Origin: a virus
Lineage: Duplodnaviria; Caudoviricetes
Length of the DNA: 24,842 bases
Virus record (IMG/VR): IMGVR_UViG_3300037424_002166
Span: 1-24,842 of that record
Reading direction: 5' to 3' (one strand)
Under the pieces are notes generated by a model, which searched no databases, had not been told where the DNA came from, and was given only the letters and a program-made list of their open reading frames with translations. Both the position numbers and the translations under genes were made by a program. Below are positions 8,774-15,970 of this stretch, piece after piece (position 1 is the first letter of the stretch; every line of letters begins with the position of its first letter).

Positions 8774-8802
8774 ATTTTTGCACACTTGTTCTAGGCTGTC
8801 AA
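8774..8802 (-). promoter_or_regulatory. Putative late promoter with LexA-like box in spacer
   Basis: TTGACA-17-AAAAAT (weak -10); GAAC-AAGT-GTGC at 8791-8780. Confidence 0.5.
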
Positions 8803-8924
8803 TGTAGGTGCGCAAGGGGGGGTACGTTTGTCCTACGAATGTTTGAACGTCCGGCCCGCGTTCTTGGCGGGGGCGGGCCGGTGCTCGAACGGGAGCGGCG
8901 GGGGTTGGCCGCCGCTGTGAGAGG

Positions 8925-9073
8925 GCTGAGCGCGCCCTACGCGCGAAGGATCTGAGTGCGAGCGGCCACGCGAGCGCGAACTAATTGGGGGCCTGGGGTG
9001 GCTGTGCCCCCCAGCGGGGTGCAGGGGCGGAGCCCTTGCGGTCTTTCGCTGAGCGCGCCCTCGCGCGCGAAGG
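8925..9073 (+). repeat. Dispersed hairpin repeat GCTGAGCGCGCCCTACGCGCGAAGG (2 copies here, third at 24335-24359)
   Basis: 8925-8949 identical to 24335-24359; variant at 9048-9073. Confidence 0.85.
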
Positions 9074-9337
9074 ATCTGCGCGGCCTGCCAATGGGCGGCC
9101 TGGGCGACTGAGGGAAGGTGTCGCCGGTGCTCGTCCGGCCACCTGACCGAAGGTAGCCAGCCGAAGCCCCCCTGAGAACGCCTGCCCCCCACTTCTAGAT
9201 GGGTACATTATTGGGGGGTGTGCCTGGGTGGGGGGTGTGGGGGGCGGGGTGGCAGGGGGGACTGAGGGCAGCCGCACCATTGGCGTTCTTGGCCGCGCAT
9301 GATGTTGGGTGTAGAATTTTCGAAAAGGAGTCCTGCT

Positions 9338-9544
9338 ATGAACCGAGAAGATTTAGAAAAGGGTCCGGTTGTTCGTGTCAAGGTGTGGAAGGATTTCACG
9401 GCTGCGGTTATTCGCTATTCCTTGTTTTATGAGAAAGTACTGAAAGAGTATCTATCCCCTTCTGGTGAGTGGGTGGTTATGAAGGAAGGTGAGCTACCTG
9501 GTAAAGTCCCCGAAGTGTTCCGGGAAGGGAATGAACTGTGGTGA
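9338..9544 (+). CDS. Hypothetical 68-aa protein, counter-oriented (moron-like)
   Basis: AAAAGGAG RBS before ATG 9338; TAGAAT -10-like hexamer upstream. Confidence 0.7.
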   Translation: MNREDLEKGPVVRVKVWKDFTAAVIRYSLFYEKVLKEYLSPSGEWVVMKEGELPGKVPEVFREGNELW

Positions 9545-9549
9545 TCCTG

Positions 9550-9930
9550 GGGGTTCGGGGGGTACTCCCCCCGGAAGCAGAAAGGCCCGCGAGTACGCGG
9601 GCCGATGGAGCCGGCCTGTCCGCCTGAGCAAGAGTGACGGAGCTGGCTGCGCTGTTCCTGGACCGGTCACGGTGTTCCAGATCCGGTCACGCTGTTTCTA
9701 ACGATGGGCGCCGGAATCGTTGATATACTTTGCTCATCCTGGCGTAGCCAGGCGCTGACCGTTGTGTCTTGCCCATCGGTCAGTTTATTTAAATGCGAAC
9801 CGCCCGGGTTCGCCGGGCGGTCCTGTCTCAATGCGGGGAGCTTGACCGTTGACCGGGTCAACTCCCCTAAAATAATGTATCGATCTAAGGGGCGGGTTTC
9901 GGGCTGAGGGGGGCAGCCAGTCCCCCGCCG
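9550..9930 (-). ncRNA. Candidate structured non-coding RNA
   Basis: At least five clear hairpins downstream of a good promoter, no credible ORF. Confidence 0.35.
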
Positions 9931-9936
9931 TGGGGA

Positions 9937-9965
9937 AGTGTAGCACGGGTGTTTGGGTTTGGCAA
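9937..9965 (-). promoter_or_regulatory. Sigma70-type promoter
   Basis: TTGCCA-17-TACACT with extended -10 TG. Confidence 0.6.
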
Positions 9966-10116
9966 TGGCGAGCCGCAAGAAAGGCATGTTGTCCTTACGT
10001 GGATGCCGTCCTGATACTCGCTCTCAAAACAGGTGTGAGCGCAGTTTTCGGGAGATTGGCAGTAGGTTGGGAGAGCTGTGGATATAGCCATAGGCGGCCA
10101 ACTGGTGTTGGGCGGC

Positions 10117-10308
10117 TCATTTGCGTTTCTTGTTCCGATCATATGGAACTCTATTACTCAATGGCTTCTCGCAATGCGGACATGTTCGCCAAACAAAATT
10201 ATTGTTGGTCTTGTGACTGTATTCGTTGAAATCTCGTTTGCAATGTTTGCAGCTATGCTTACCAGCAGACCGCAGCAGTTTGAAGGGTTCACCGTACCAA
10301 TTCATCAT
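10117..10308 (-). CDS. Small zinc-ribbon protein (cassette-like)
   Basis: AGGAGG RBS before ATG 10308; CKHC...CPHC. Confidence 0.7.
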   Translation of the reverse strand: MMNWYGEPFKLLRSAGKHSCKHCKRDFNEYSHKTNNNFVWRTCPHCEKPLSNRVPYDRNKKRK

Positions 10309-10326
10309 GTCCTCCTGGGCAAGTCC

Positions 10327-10476
10327 CCCCAACGGTTTGCGTTACCCGCTTGGGGCAACATCGACATTATCATTTTTCGGCACGCCTGCCCCAAGTCGGG
10401 TGCACCCACGCAAGATGGCGGGCCATCATTTTTCCCGAAAGGACATGTGCCATGTCCTGAGAACGCTGTGTTAGAT
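10327..10476 (-). other. attC-like site interrupted by a 59-bp insert
   Basis: R'' ATCTAAC overlapping stop of upstream gene, imperfect stem with extrahelical bases, R' GTTGGGG. Confidence 0.6.
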
Positions 10477-10692
10477 TTCGTGACGGATAAGCATAAGTAA
10501 TTCTTCTCTGCCAAATCCGCCGCGTTCAGCCAATCTCTCTAGACTCTGGCTTTTGCCATATTGTTTCGAATACCACTCATAAGCGACTTCAGCCAACCAC
10601 CAGGGAATAGTACATTCGGCGTGGCGCTCCATCTCACCGCGTTCATTGCGACGGTAATCGTGCTGGATAGGAAAAGGGCGATTATCATTCAT
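10471..10692 (-). CDS. Hypothetical protein (cassette-like)
   Basis: IPWWLAEVAYEWY...QSLERLAERGGFG; bounded by GTTAGAT and ATCTAAC. Confidence 0.75.
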   Translation of the reverse strand: MNDNRPFPIQHDYRRNERGEMERHAECTIPWWLAEVAYEWYSKQYGKSQSLERLAERGGFGREELLMLIRHEI

Positions 10693-10697
10693 AAGAA

Positions 10698-10755
10698 ATC
10701 TAACTTTTAGAAATCAGCGGCGGGTTCTGTCCGTCCGCTGGATTGGCCGCTGGCC
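10698..10755 (-). other. attC-like site (58 bp), degenerate R''
   Basis: ATCCAGCGGACGG...CCGCCGCTGATT...GTTAGAT; bottom-strand extrahelical G and T. Confidence 0.7.
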
Positions 10756-11090
10756 GGGGTCATCTCGCTTGTCTTCGGGTGAGCCGGGATGATCCCCTGC
10801 AAATACTTTCGGCCTTCGAAGCTGCCCTCGTGTGGGTTCGGCCAGCCTGTATTGTAGGGCCATTTTGCACAGATGGTGTTCCACTCTTTAAAGGATGGAT
10901 AGACGCCGTTGCGCCAGATGATCAGCCGGTAAATGCTGCCGTCCCGGCGCAGGTTGAGATTGAGCCTGCCTGAGAGTGTAATCTTTGCCTGGTTGGGGGT
11001 GGCCGCGTCCGCGGCGGCAATCAGGTCCAGTAGGGCATCTTCGAGCGCGACCGGTTTGTATGCGTACCTGGTGTTTTTAGGTTTTGGCAT
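10707..11090 (-). CDS. Hypothetical protein
   Basis: AAGGAG RBS; operon-packed; C-terminus reads through the attC-like site. Confidence 0.7.
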   Translation of the reverse strand: MPKPKNTRYAYKPVALEDALLDLIAAADAATPNQAKITLSGRLNLNLRRDGSIYRLIIWRNGVYPSFKEWNTICAKWPYNTGWPNPHEGSFEGRKYLQGIIPAHPKTSEMTPASGQSSGRTEPAADF

Positions 11091-11292
11091 CGGGTTGCTC
11101 CTTGATTTGCTGTTCGCAGATTTGCGGTGGATCTGCTGGCATGAGCAGGATCAGTTGCAGGTAGAAGCCCAGCGCGTGAGCGATGCGGGCCATCTCTCGC
11201 CCGTGTGCGTAGCATGCGCGGCTTTCGTCCTGTCCGGGCCAGGTATAGCGGTAATCGGCGGGTTGGCCGCAGGACTTGGTTTTCTCAGGCAT
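11077..11292 (-). CDS. Hypothetical Cys-containing protein
   Basis: CGQPA.YRYTWPG..ESRAC..H; AAAGGA RBS. Confidence 0.65.
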   Translation of the reverse strand: MPEKTKSCGQPADYRYTWPGQDESRACYAHGREMARIAHALGFYLQLILLMPADPPQICEQQIKEQPDAKT

Positions 11293-11590
11293 GGTTAGTT
11301 CCTTTCTTATGTTGCTTGACCGGCTGGTCGTGCTCTCTCAACCCGCCGCGCCGGATGACCTCGGCCGTGAACGGTGCACGGCCTTTGAATTCATTGCTCA
11401 ACATGCGGATGAAGTTAAACACAATTACGCTGACCGGGCCTTTGAAGCCTGGATGCCGGAGCGCCAATTGGAGCGCGCCGATAATGGAGACGGCTTGCAC
11501 GGGCTTAAGTGAGATGTGGATTTGGAAGCCGACTTCTTCAAGTTGCTTGAGTTCGGCGGTGTATTGCGCTATAAATTCGGATTGGGACAT
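11285..11590 (-). CDS. Hypothetical protein
   Basis: Operon-packed, AGGTGA RBS. Confidence 0.7.
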   Translation of the reverse strand: MSQSEFIAQYTAELKQLEEVGFQIHISLKPVQAVSIIGALQLALRHPGFKGPVSVIVFNFIRMLSNEFKGRAPFTAEVIRRGGLREHDQPVKQHKKGTNHA

Positions 11591-11597
11591 GGGTCAC

Positions 11598-12020
11598 CTA
11601 CTTTCGGTTTCTTGGCTCCCGGTGTGCCGGGCAGAAATCCTGCCACGGCACGACTGGGACGAAAAATACGAGGCAAGGTGCATACTTGCATTGCTTGGAC
11701 TGTCCGAGTATCAGGCTCCCGGCCTGCACTCTGGCTGGGTCGGCCAGGACCTGGACTTCGCGGGCCTCGGTGAATTCGGGCGGTTCCCCGTCCATGGCTG
11801 CGGCCAGGAGTTCTACGGCGTGGGCCAGGTGCTTGCTGGGCTGGATGGTTCCGGTCATGACTCCCTGGATGTAGCGCCAGGACCATGGTCGGTTTTGATC
11901 TGCGATCCTGGACAGCCTGCGCGCCAGGCGTTCGAAGATCATCACTTTCCCCGCGCGCGGCTGTAGGGCTTCCAGGATGTCGAAAAGGGCTTGCAGGTCT
12001 TCTGATATGGCTTTGCTCAT
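11598..12020 (-). CDS. Hypothetical, possible HTH plus C-terminal zinc finger
   Basis: LARRLSRIA..WSWRYIQGV helical segment; CKYAPC..F.P...WQDFC..H. Confidence 0.65.
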   Translation of the reverse strand: MSKAISEDLQALFDILEALQPRAGKVMIFERLARRLSRIADQNRPWSWRYIQGVMTGTIQPSKHLAHAVELLAAAMDGEPPEFTEAREVQVLADPARVQAGSLILGQSKQCKYAPCLVFFVPVVPWQDFCPAHREPRNRK

Positions 12021-12060
12021 TGCGCGATTTCTGACATACTTCTGACATCGTACAGGGCAC

Positions 12061-12378
12061 TTAGAACGGGGGTTCCATAAGCTGCGGGATGACCTTTTTT
12101 AGTTTCTCGACTTCATCCGTAAAATCCTGTATCCACTGTCGGGATTTGTCTTTCAGGAACAAGCCCGCATCCGCGTTCATTCGGTCGATGGTCATCTTTG
12201 CCAGCCGTACTAGTTTGATGAGCTGTGTATTCTCGATCCGGTAGCGGTCGTAGTTTTCGTTCAGATCCTTGATGAGTTCGTGCTCGTCCTCCCATTGGTC
12301 GAGGGCTTCGCTGAGGTCGGCGGTGTGGCCGGTGAGTGCGAGCAAGCGCTCTTGGATGTCATCGGGTAAGTCGGCCAT
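12061..12378 (-). CDS. Hypothetical coiled-coil protein
   Basis: Helical acidic ORF ending PPF; overlaps upstream gene. Confidence 0.7.
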   Translation of the reverse strand: MADLPDDIQERLLALTGHTADLSEALDQWEDEHELIKDLNENYDRYRIENTQLIKLVRLAKMTIDRMNADAGLFLKDKSRQWIQDFTDEVEKLKKVIPQLMEPPF

Positions 12379-12745
12379 GGTGGCCCTCGCTTTCCGGTTC
12401 CCATTGGATCAAGTCGCCCTCGAACGGTAGGCCGTATTGCTTGCGGAAGAAGCCAAAGAAATCTTTCCACTTTTCGAAGCCGTCATTCTCGGCCAGGCGC
12501 ATGATCTGGAAAAGGGTCAGGTTCTGGCCGTCCAGGATCACGCGGCCTGTCCTGATATGGATGGTCCTTGTCTTGGTGCAAGTTGCGCGGCCCAGCTTCC
12601 GGCACTGCTTGGTCCGCATGCCTGTGTACAGGTGCAATGTATCGCCTGGCTTGATCGGGATCTTTCTCTTGGGCTGGATGCTCTGGCGCTTTTCGCCGCT
12701 CTCGACTGCCGGGGCAAATTGGGATTTGAAGTTCAGGTTTGGCAT
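12359..12745 (-). CDS. ASCH/PUA-like domain protein
   Basis: LNFK..FA..V.SG.K.QSI, KPGD.LHLYTGMRTK, LAENDGF. Confidence 0.8.
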   Translation of the reverse strand: MPNLNFKSQFAPAVESGEKRQSIQPKRKIPIKPGDTLHLYTGMRTKQCRKLGRATCTKTRTIHIRTGRVILDGQNLTLFQIMRLAENDGFEKWKDFFGFFRKQYGLPFEGDLIQWEPESEGHHGRLTR

Positions 12746-12747
12746 GG

Positions 12748-12978
12748 CTATAACCTGCTTTCGACTTCCGTCCGGTCGTCGTTATAGAATCGGTCTTTGA
12801 GTGGCTCCGGGTTTTGGCGGAGCTCTCTCTTTTTCTGGTCGTAGGTCTTTTTGTCGGTGTACAGCCAGCCTTGACTTTCCAGGCTGTAGACTTCCGCGTG
12901 GACGTCCTGCCGGGTGCCGGAGATCCTGAGAATGGCGTTCATGCCGGGTTTGTGCATGTGGATGGTGACGGTGATCAT
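12748..12978 (-). CDS. Hypothetical protein
   Basis: GAGG RBS; operon-packed. Confidence 0.65.
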   Translation of the reverse strand: MITVTIHMHKPGMNAILRISGTRQDVHAEVYSLESQGWLYTDKKTYDQKKRELRQNPEPLKDRFYNDDRTEVESRL

Positions 12979-12981
12979 TGG

Positions 12982-13317
12982 TTACCTCATCACTCTGGCG
13001 CAGAGCCATAGATTGAGTTCGAGTTTGTGACTATCTGCGCCGCGCATGCTCGCGCCACCGATCTGGATGACTTCGGATAGTTTGGTTAGGTCGTAGAACT
13101 GATCGATTGAGAAGTAATCGCAGACGATACGTGCTCCCCAGTTTGCTTCTGTCCATCGTTCACCCTTTTGGTTGGAAACGTCCGATGTGGCTGGATCGCA
13201 TAAGTAAAATTGTTCGAGTTTTGCATAGTCGCTGATTGCTGGCAGTAGCTTGGTTTTGACGAATCTCTCTACCTTTGGGGTGGCGAGTTCGGCTGTAGGT
13301 GCAAGTGCAGTTTTCAC
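12982..13317 (-). CDS. Hypothetical protein
   Basis: GTGA overlap, AAGGAG upstream. Confidence 0.65.
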   Translation of the reverse strand: MKTALAPTAELATPKVERFVKTKLLPAISDYAKLEQFYLCDPATSDVSNQKGERWTEANWGARIVCDYFSIDQFYDLTKLSEVIQIGGASMRGADSHKLELNLWLCARVMR

Positions 13318-13700
13318 GGTTCACACTCCTTGAGAAAATCCGAATTGACGTAGCCGGTCATCCGCGCCTGGCGTCCCTGATCGTCGATGCCGGCGCCGTT
13401 GATCTTCCACCAGTCGCCCGAATCATCCAGGATCTTGACCACCGTTCCCTCGGTCACCCACCCTATTGCCTGGGCGTGCTCGTTGGGTTCGTAGCGGACG
13501 TGCAGGGAGTCGGTGTTGACGGTGGCGCAGGCGGGGTCCGGGATTGCTGTCGATGGTGGCACCACCATCCTTGTCGGTGGTGTCGGTGGGATCGCTGTTT
13601 TGGTCCGTGCCGGACCGGCTGACGGCGTGAAACCTGCGTAGCCGGTGGAGAGACAGGCAAGTGACAGGATGGGCAGGATGAGCAAGATTAGCTTTTTCAT
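13314..13700 (-). CDS. SH3b-domain lipoprotein
   Basis: AGGAGG RBS; MKKLILLILPILSLAC lipobox; Pro/Thr linker; DSLHVRYEP...GDWWKI...TGYVNSDFL SH3b. Confidence 0.85.
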   Translation of the reverse strand: MKKLILLILPILSLACLSTGYAGFTPSAGPARTKTAIPPTPPTRMVVPPSTAIPDPACATVNTDSLHVRYEPNEHAQAIGWVTEGTVVKILDDSGDWWKINGAGIDDQGRQARMTGYVNSDFLKECEP

Positions 13701-14236
13701 GTAGTAGCCTCCTGAATTGGGTTGAGCGACTCCAGTAGTTTCATTCCTGCATGCTGGCAGGCGTGGTCGCACCAAACGTTATGGATGCTGACGGGGTGTC
13801 CGCGTTTTCCTATTCCCTTTATGAGTTGGTCTTTAGTGGGATGGCCGTCGAGCAAGATGTATTTGATCTCATTCCAGTACTTCAGCCGGTCGCGCTGGTC
13901 TCGGTAGAGTCTGTGCATCCAGGCTGGGATATTGTTCCACTTCCATGCCAGGAAGATGCGCCCTAGTGATACGTGGCTGTCACTGTAAACAGTTCCTTTG
14001 AAGTCATCCGGGAGCTGTGCGAAGCCGCGCAGCAGGGCTAGCATTTCGGTCTGGTTGTTTGTGATCAGCCCGCCCATTTGCAAGGTTGTGATGGTTCCGC
14101 TTCTATCGATGGTTAGTCTATCCGTCTTGATTAATCGGTAGGCGTATGTTCCGCCGATGGCTGAGGGGTTTGATCCGATCACTCCCCCATCGGCATAGAG
14201 TTCGATAATCTTGTTGCTTGAATTCCTTGAATTCAT
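13697..14236 (-). CDS. RNase HI-like nuclease
   Basis: LYADGG, TNNQTEM, VYSDS, DGHP, HNVWCD: full D-E-D-D set of RNase HI. Confidence 0.85.
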   Translation of the reverse strand: MNSRNSSNKIIELYADGGVIGSNPSAIGGTYAYRLIKTDRLTIDRSGTITTLQMGGLITNNQTEMLALLRGFAQLPDDFKGTVYSDSHVSLGRIFLAWKWNNIPAWMHRLYRDQRDRLKYWNEIKYILLDGHPTKDQLIKGIGKRGHPVSIHNVWCDHACQHAGMKLLESLNPIQEATT

Positions 14237-14239
14237 TGA

Positions 14240-14500
14240 GATCCTTTCTTTATAGAGATAACTCTATTTAGTCTGTAGTAAGTAGGCCCTGTGGATAAGT
14301 GGAACAACTTCCAAAAATCTACCTAAACCTACCTATTCATAGTCTAAAGTTATCCACATCTACCTGGGTACAACTTTGTCAAGTTGTACCCACCCCCTGT
14401 GGATAACTTTCTCATTTCGCATAAACCTGGGTACAACTTTGCCAAAATGGGTACAACTTTCCAACCTGGGTACAACTTTACCGGCGTGATGGAACAACTT
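14240..14500. other. Putative replication origin: 3 DnaA boxes, iterons, AT-rich flank
   Basis: TTATCCACA at 14290, 14350, 14398; GGGTACAACTT at 14366, 14381 (inverted), 14429, 14449, 14468. Confidence 0.75.
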
Positions 14501-14891
14501 TTTCACGTTGGCTCTTGCTCGCCTTCTTGATCACATCGGCGATCGGTATACAGGGGCTGGAGACCAATTCTGGCAATTGCTGCCATTGCTTCTGGAAGTC
14601 ACTCCAGCCTGCGTCTGTGCAATACCAGGGATTGAGATACCAGATATCCAGGTCAAGCTGACGATTGACACTAAAGATAAAGCGCTCCTGCTCGCGTTCG
14701 AACTCTCCTACTCCCCATATATTCAGCTTTGGGCAGGGGATCAGCTCACCAGCTCGCTGGTACATCTTGCGCACGTTCTCAGGTAGTGCCTGGACATAGG
14801 CGTGCTTCTCGAAGTGCATCATGTAGTTGTGCCCGCGCCAGTCGTTCACATTCCACTTTTCCCGCTTCTTGTTCCTTGGCTTTCTTGTCAT
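14478..14891 (-). CDS. Hypothetical protein abutting iterons
   Basis: AGGAG RBS; basic N-terminus; stop overlaps an iteron. Confidence 0.7.
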   Translation of the reverse strand: MTRKPRNKKREKWNVNDWRGHNYMMHFEKHAYVQALPENVRKMYQRAGELIPCPKLNIWGVGEFEREQERFIFSVNRQLDLDIWYLNPWYCTDAGWSDFQKQWQQLPELVSSPCIPIADVIKKASKSQREKVVPSRR

Positions 14892-14903
14892 AGGGACTCC
14901 TGT

Positions 14904-14999
14904 TTAGTGGCCGCTGTTTGCCAGGATGGTGATGAATATCAGGCAAGCCAGGCTAAAGAATAAGATGGCTGCTGTAAGTTGTTCTTTTTTGATTTCCAC
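14904..14999 (-). CDS. 31-aa single-TM peptide (not in ORF track)
   Basis: AAAGGAG RBS, GTG start; MEIKKEQLTAAILFFSLACLIFITILANSGH. Confidence 0.6.
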   Translation of the reverse strand: MEIKKEQLTAAILFFSLACLIFITILANSGH

Positions 15000-15093
15000 G
15001 CTGTCTCCTTTGGGGCCATGGAGGGCGGCCACGGAACCGCCCTCCAGAGGGCCTACATGCGATTCTGTGTTCACGGTCAAAGCGTGAACACGA

Positions 15094-15264
15094 TCACTCT
15101 AATTCGACCTGCGCTGCGCGTTCGGCCTTTCGCAGCCTGTAGGCCATGGTTTTGTGGCTTGGGGTGCAGTAGCGTTGTGCATAGATTTCAGTCTCGAAAG
15201 GCATCATGCAGTATTGGCAGGTCCAGGTGTAAATCCGGTTACCCCTTCGCTTCGGGGTCGGGAC
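15094..15264 (-). CDS. Startless zinc-finger ORF, probable +1 frameshift extension of 15239-15970
   Basis: CQYC..PF......RYCTPSHKTMAYRLRK; no ATG/GTG/TTG upstream of first Cys in frame. Confidence 0.55.
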   Translation of the reverse strand, partial: VPTPKRRGNRIYTWTCQYCMMPFETEIYAQRYCTPSHKTMAYRLRKAERAAQVELE

Positions 15265-15970
15265 GAAAGGGGGCTTCAGCCGTGAGTTTCTTCTGGCTGA
15301 ACAAGCTATCGGCTAGCTCATCTTCTTCACGTGCTTTTCCGAAGTGCCCGCGTACCTTTCTTAGGTTGGCCGGATTGAAGCGCTTGGCGATGTCGATTTC
15401 TGAGGCCTGCCGGATGGCTTCTTCGCCTTCGATGGAATCGAGAAATTCCATGCGTTTGTCGCCAATGCGCTTGAGATATGTCTGGTCAGCTTTTAACTCG
15501 TTTGCCTTGGCCTGCGCCATAGGGTCGGTGAGAAAAACCGTGCCCCAGGCTGCGAGTGTGTAGACAATCGACACGATGGAGAAGGGTTCGTACCAGGTGA
15601 TCCAGGCGGGCAGGGGGGTGTTCGAGTATTCGAAGAGTAGGGCTGCAAAGGACACGACGGTGTTCAGGGCGATGATGATCATTTCGCCGTAGTACAGTCC
15701 GGTGGTGATGTTGCGGTGCAGGCCGCTGATAGCCCAATTGTGCAGGGATACGGGAAAGGCCAGCATCGAGCCGCCAATCATCAGGCCAGCCACGATCATG
15801 ACGAGGCGCGAGAAATAGGCATCATTGGGAAAAGCCGTGAGCACGAAGCTGATAAACAGGGTGGTGGCGGCCAGCACGACGCCGACGTAGACGAAACCGG
15901 CCATGAACATGGCGGTGGAGCGGCCTCGCTGGAATTCGTTATTCTGTGGGTTCAAGTCTTGTTGTGACAT
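15239..15970 (-). CDS. Multi-pass (about 4 TM) membrane protein with cytoplasmic helical tail
   Basis: Four hydrophobic stretches; strong RBS. Confidence 0.85.
   Translation of the reverse strand: MSQQDLNPQNNEFQRGRSTAMFMAGFVYVGVVLAATTLFISFVLTAFPNDAYFSRLVMIVAGLMIGGSMLAFPVSLHNWAISGLHRNITTGLYYGEMIIIALNTVVSFAALLFEYSNTPLPAWITWYEPFSIVSIVYTLAAWGTVFLTDPMAQAKANELKADQTYLKRIGDKRMEFLDSIEGEEAIRQASEIDIAKRFNPANLRKVRGHFGKAREEDELADSLFSQKKLTAEAPFRPDPEAKG

Noticed and set aside
9250-9930. Long-range pairing GGGGGACTG / CAGTCCCCC closing a large RNA
   Set aside because: Only about 9-12 bp in GC-rich DNA and the same word recurs near 19093; chance not excluded
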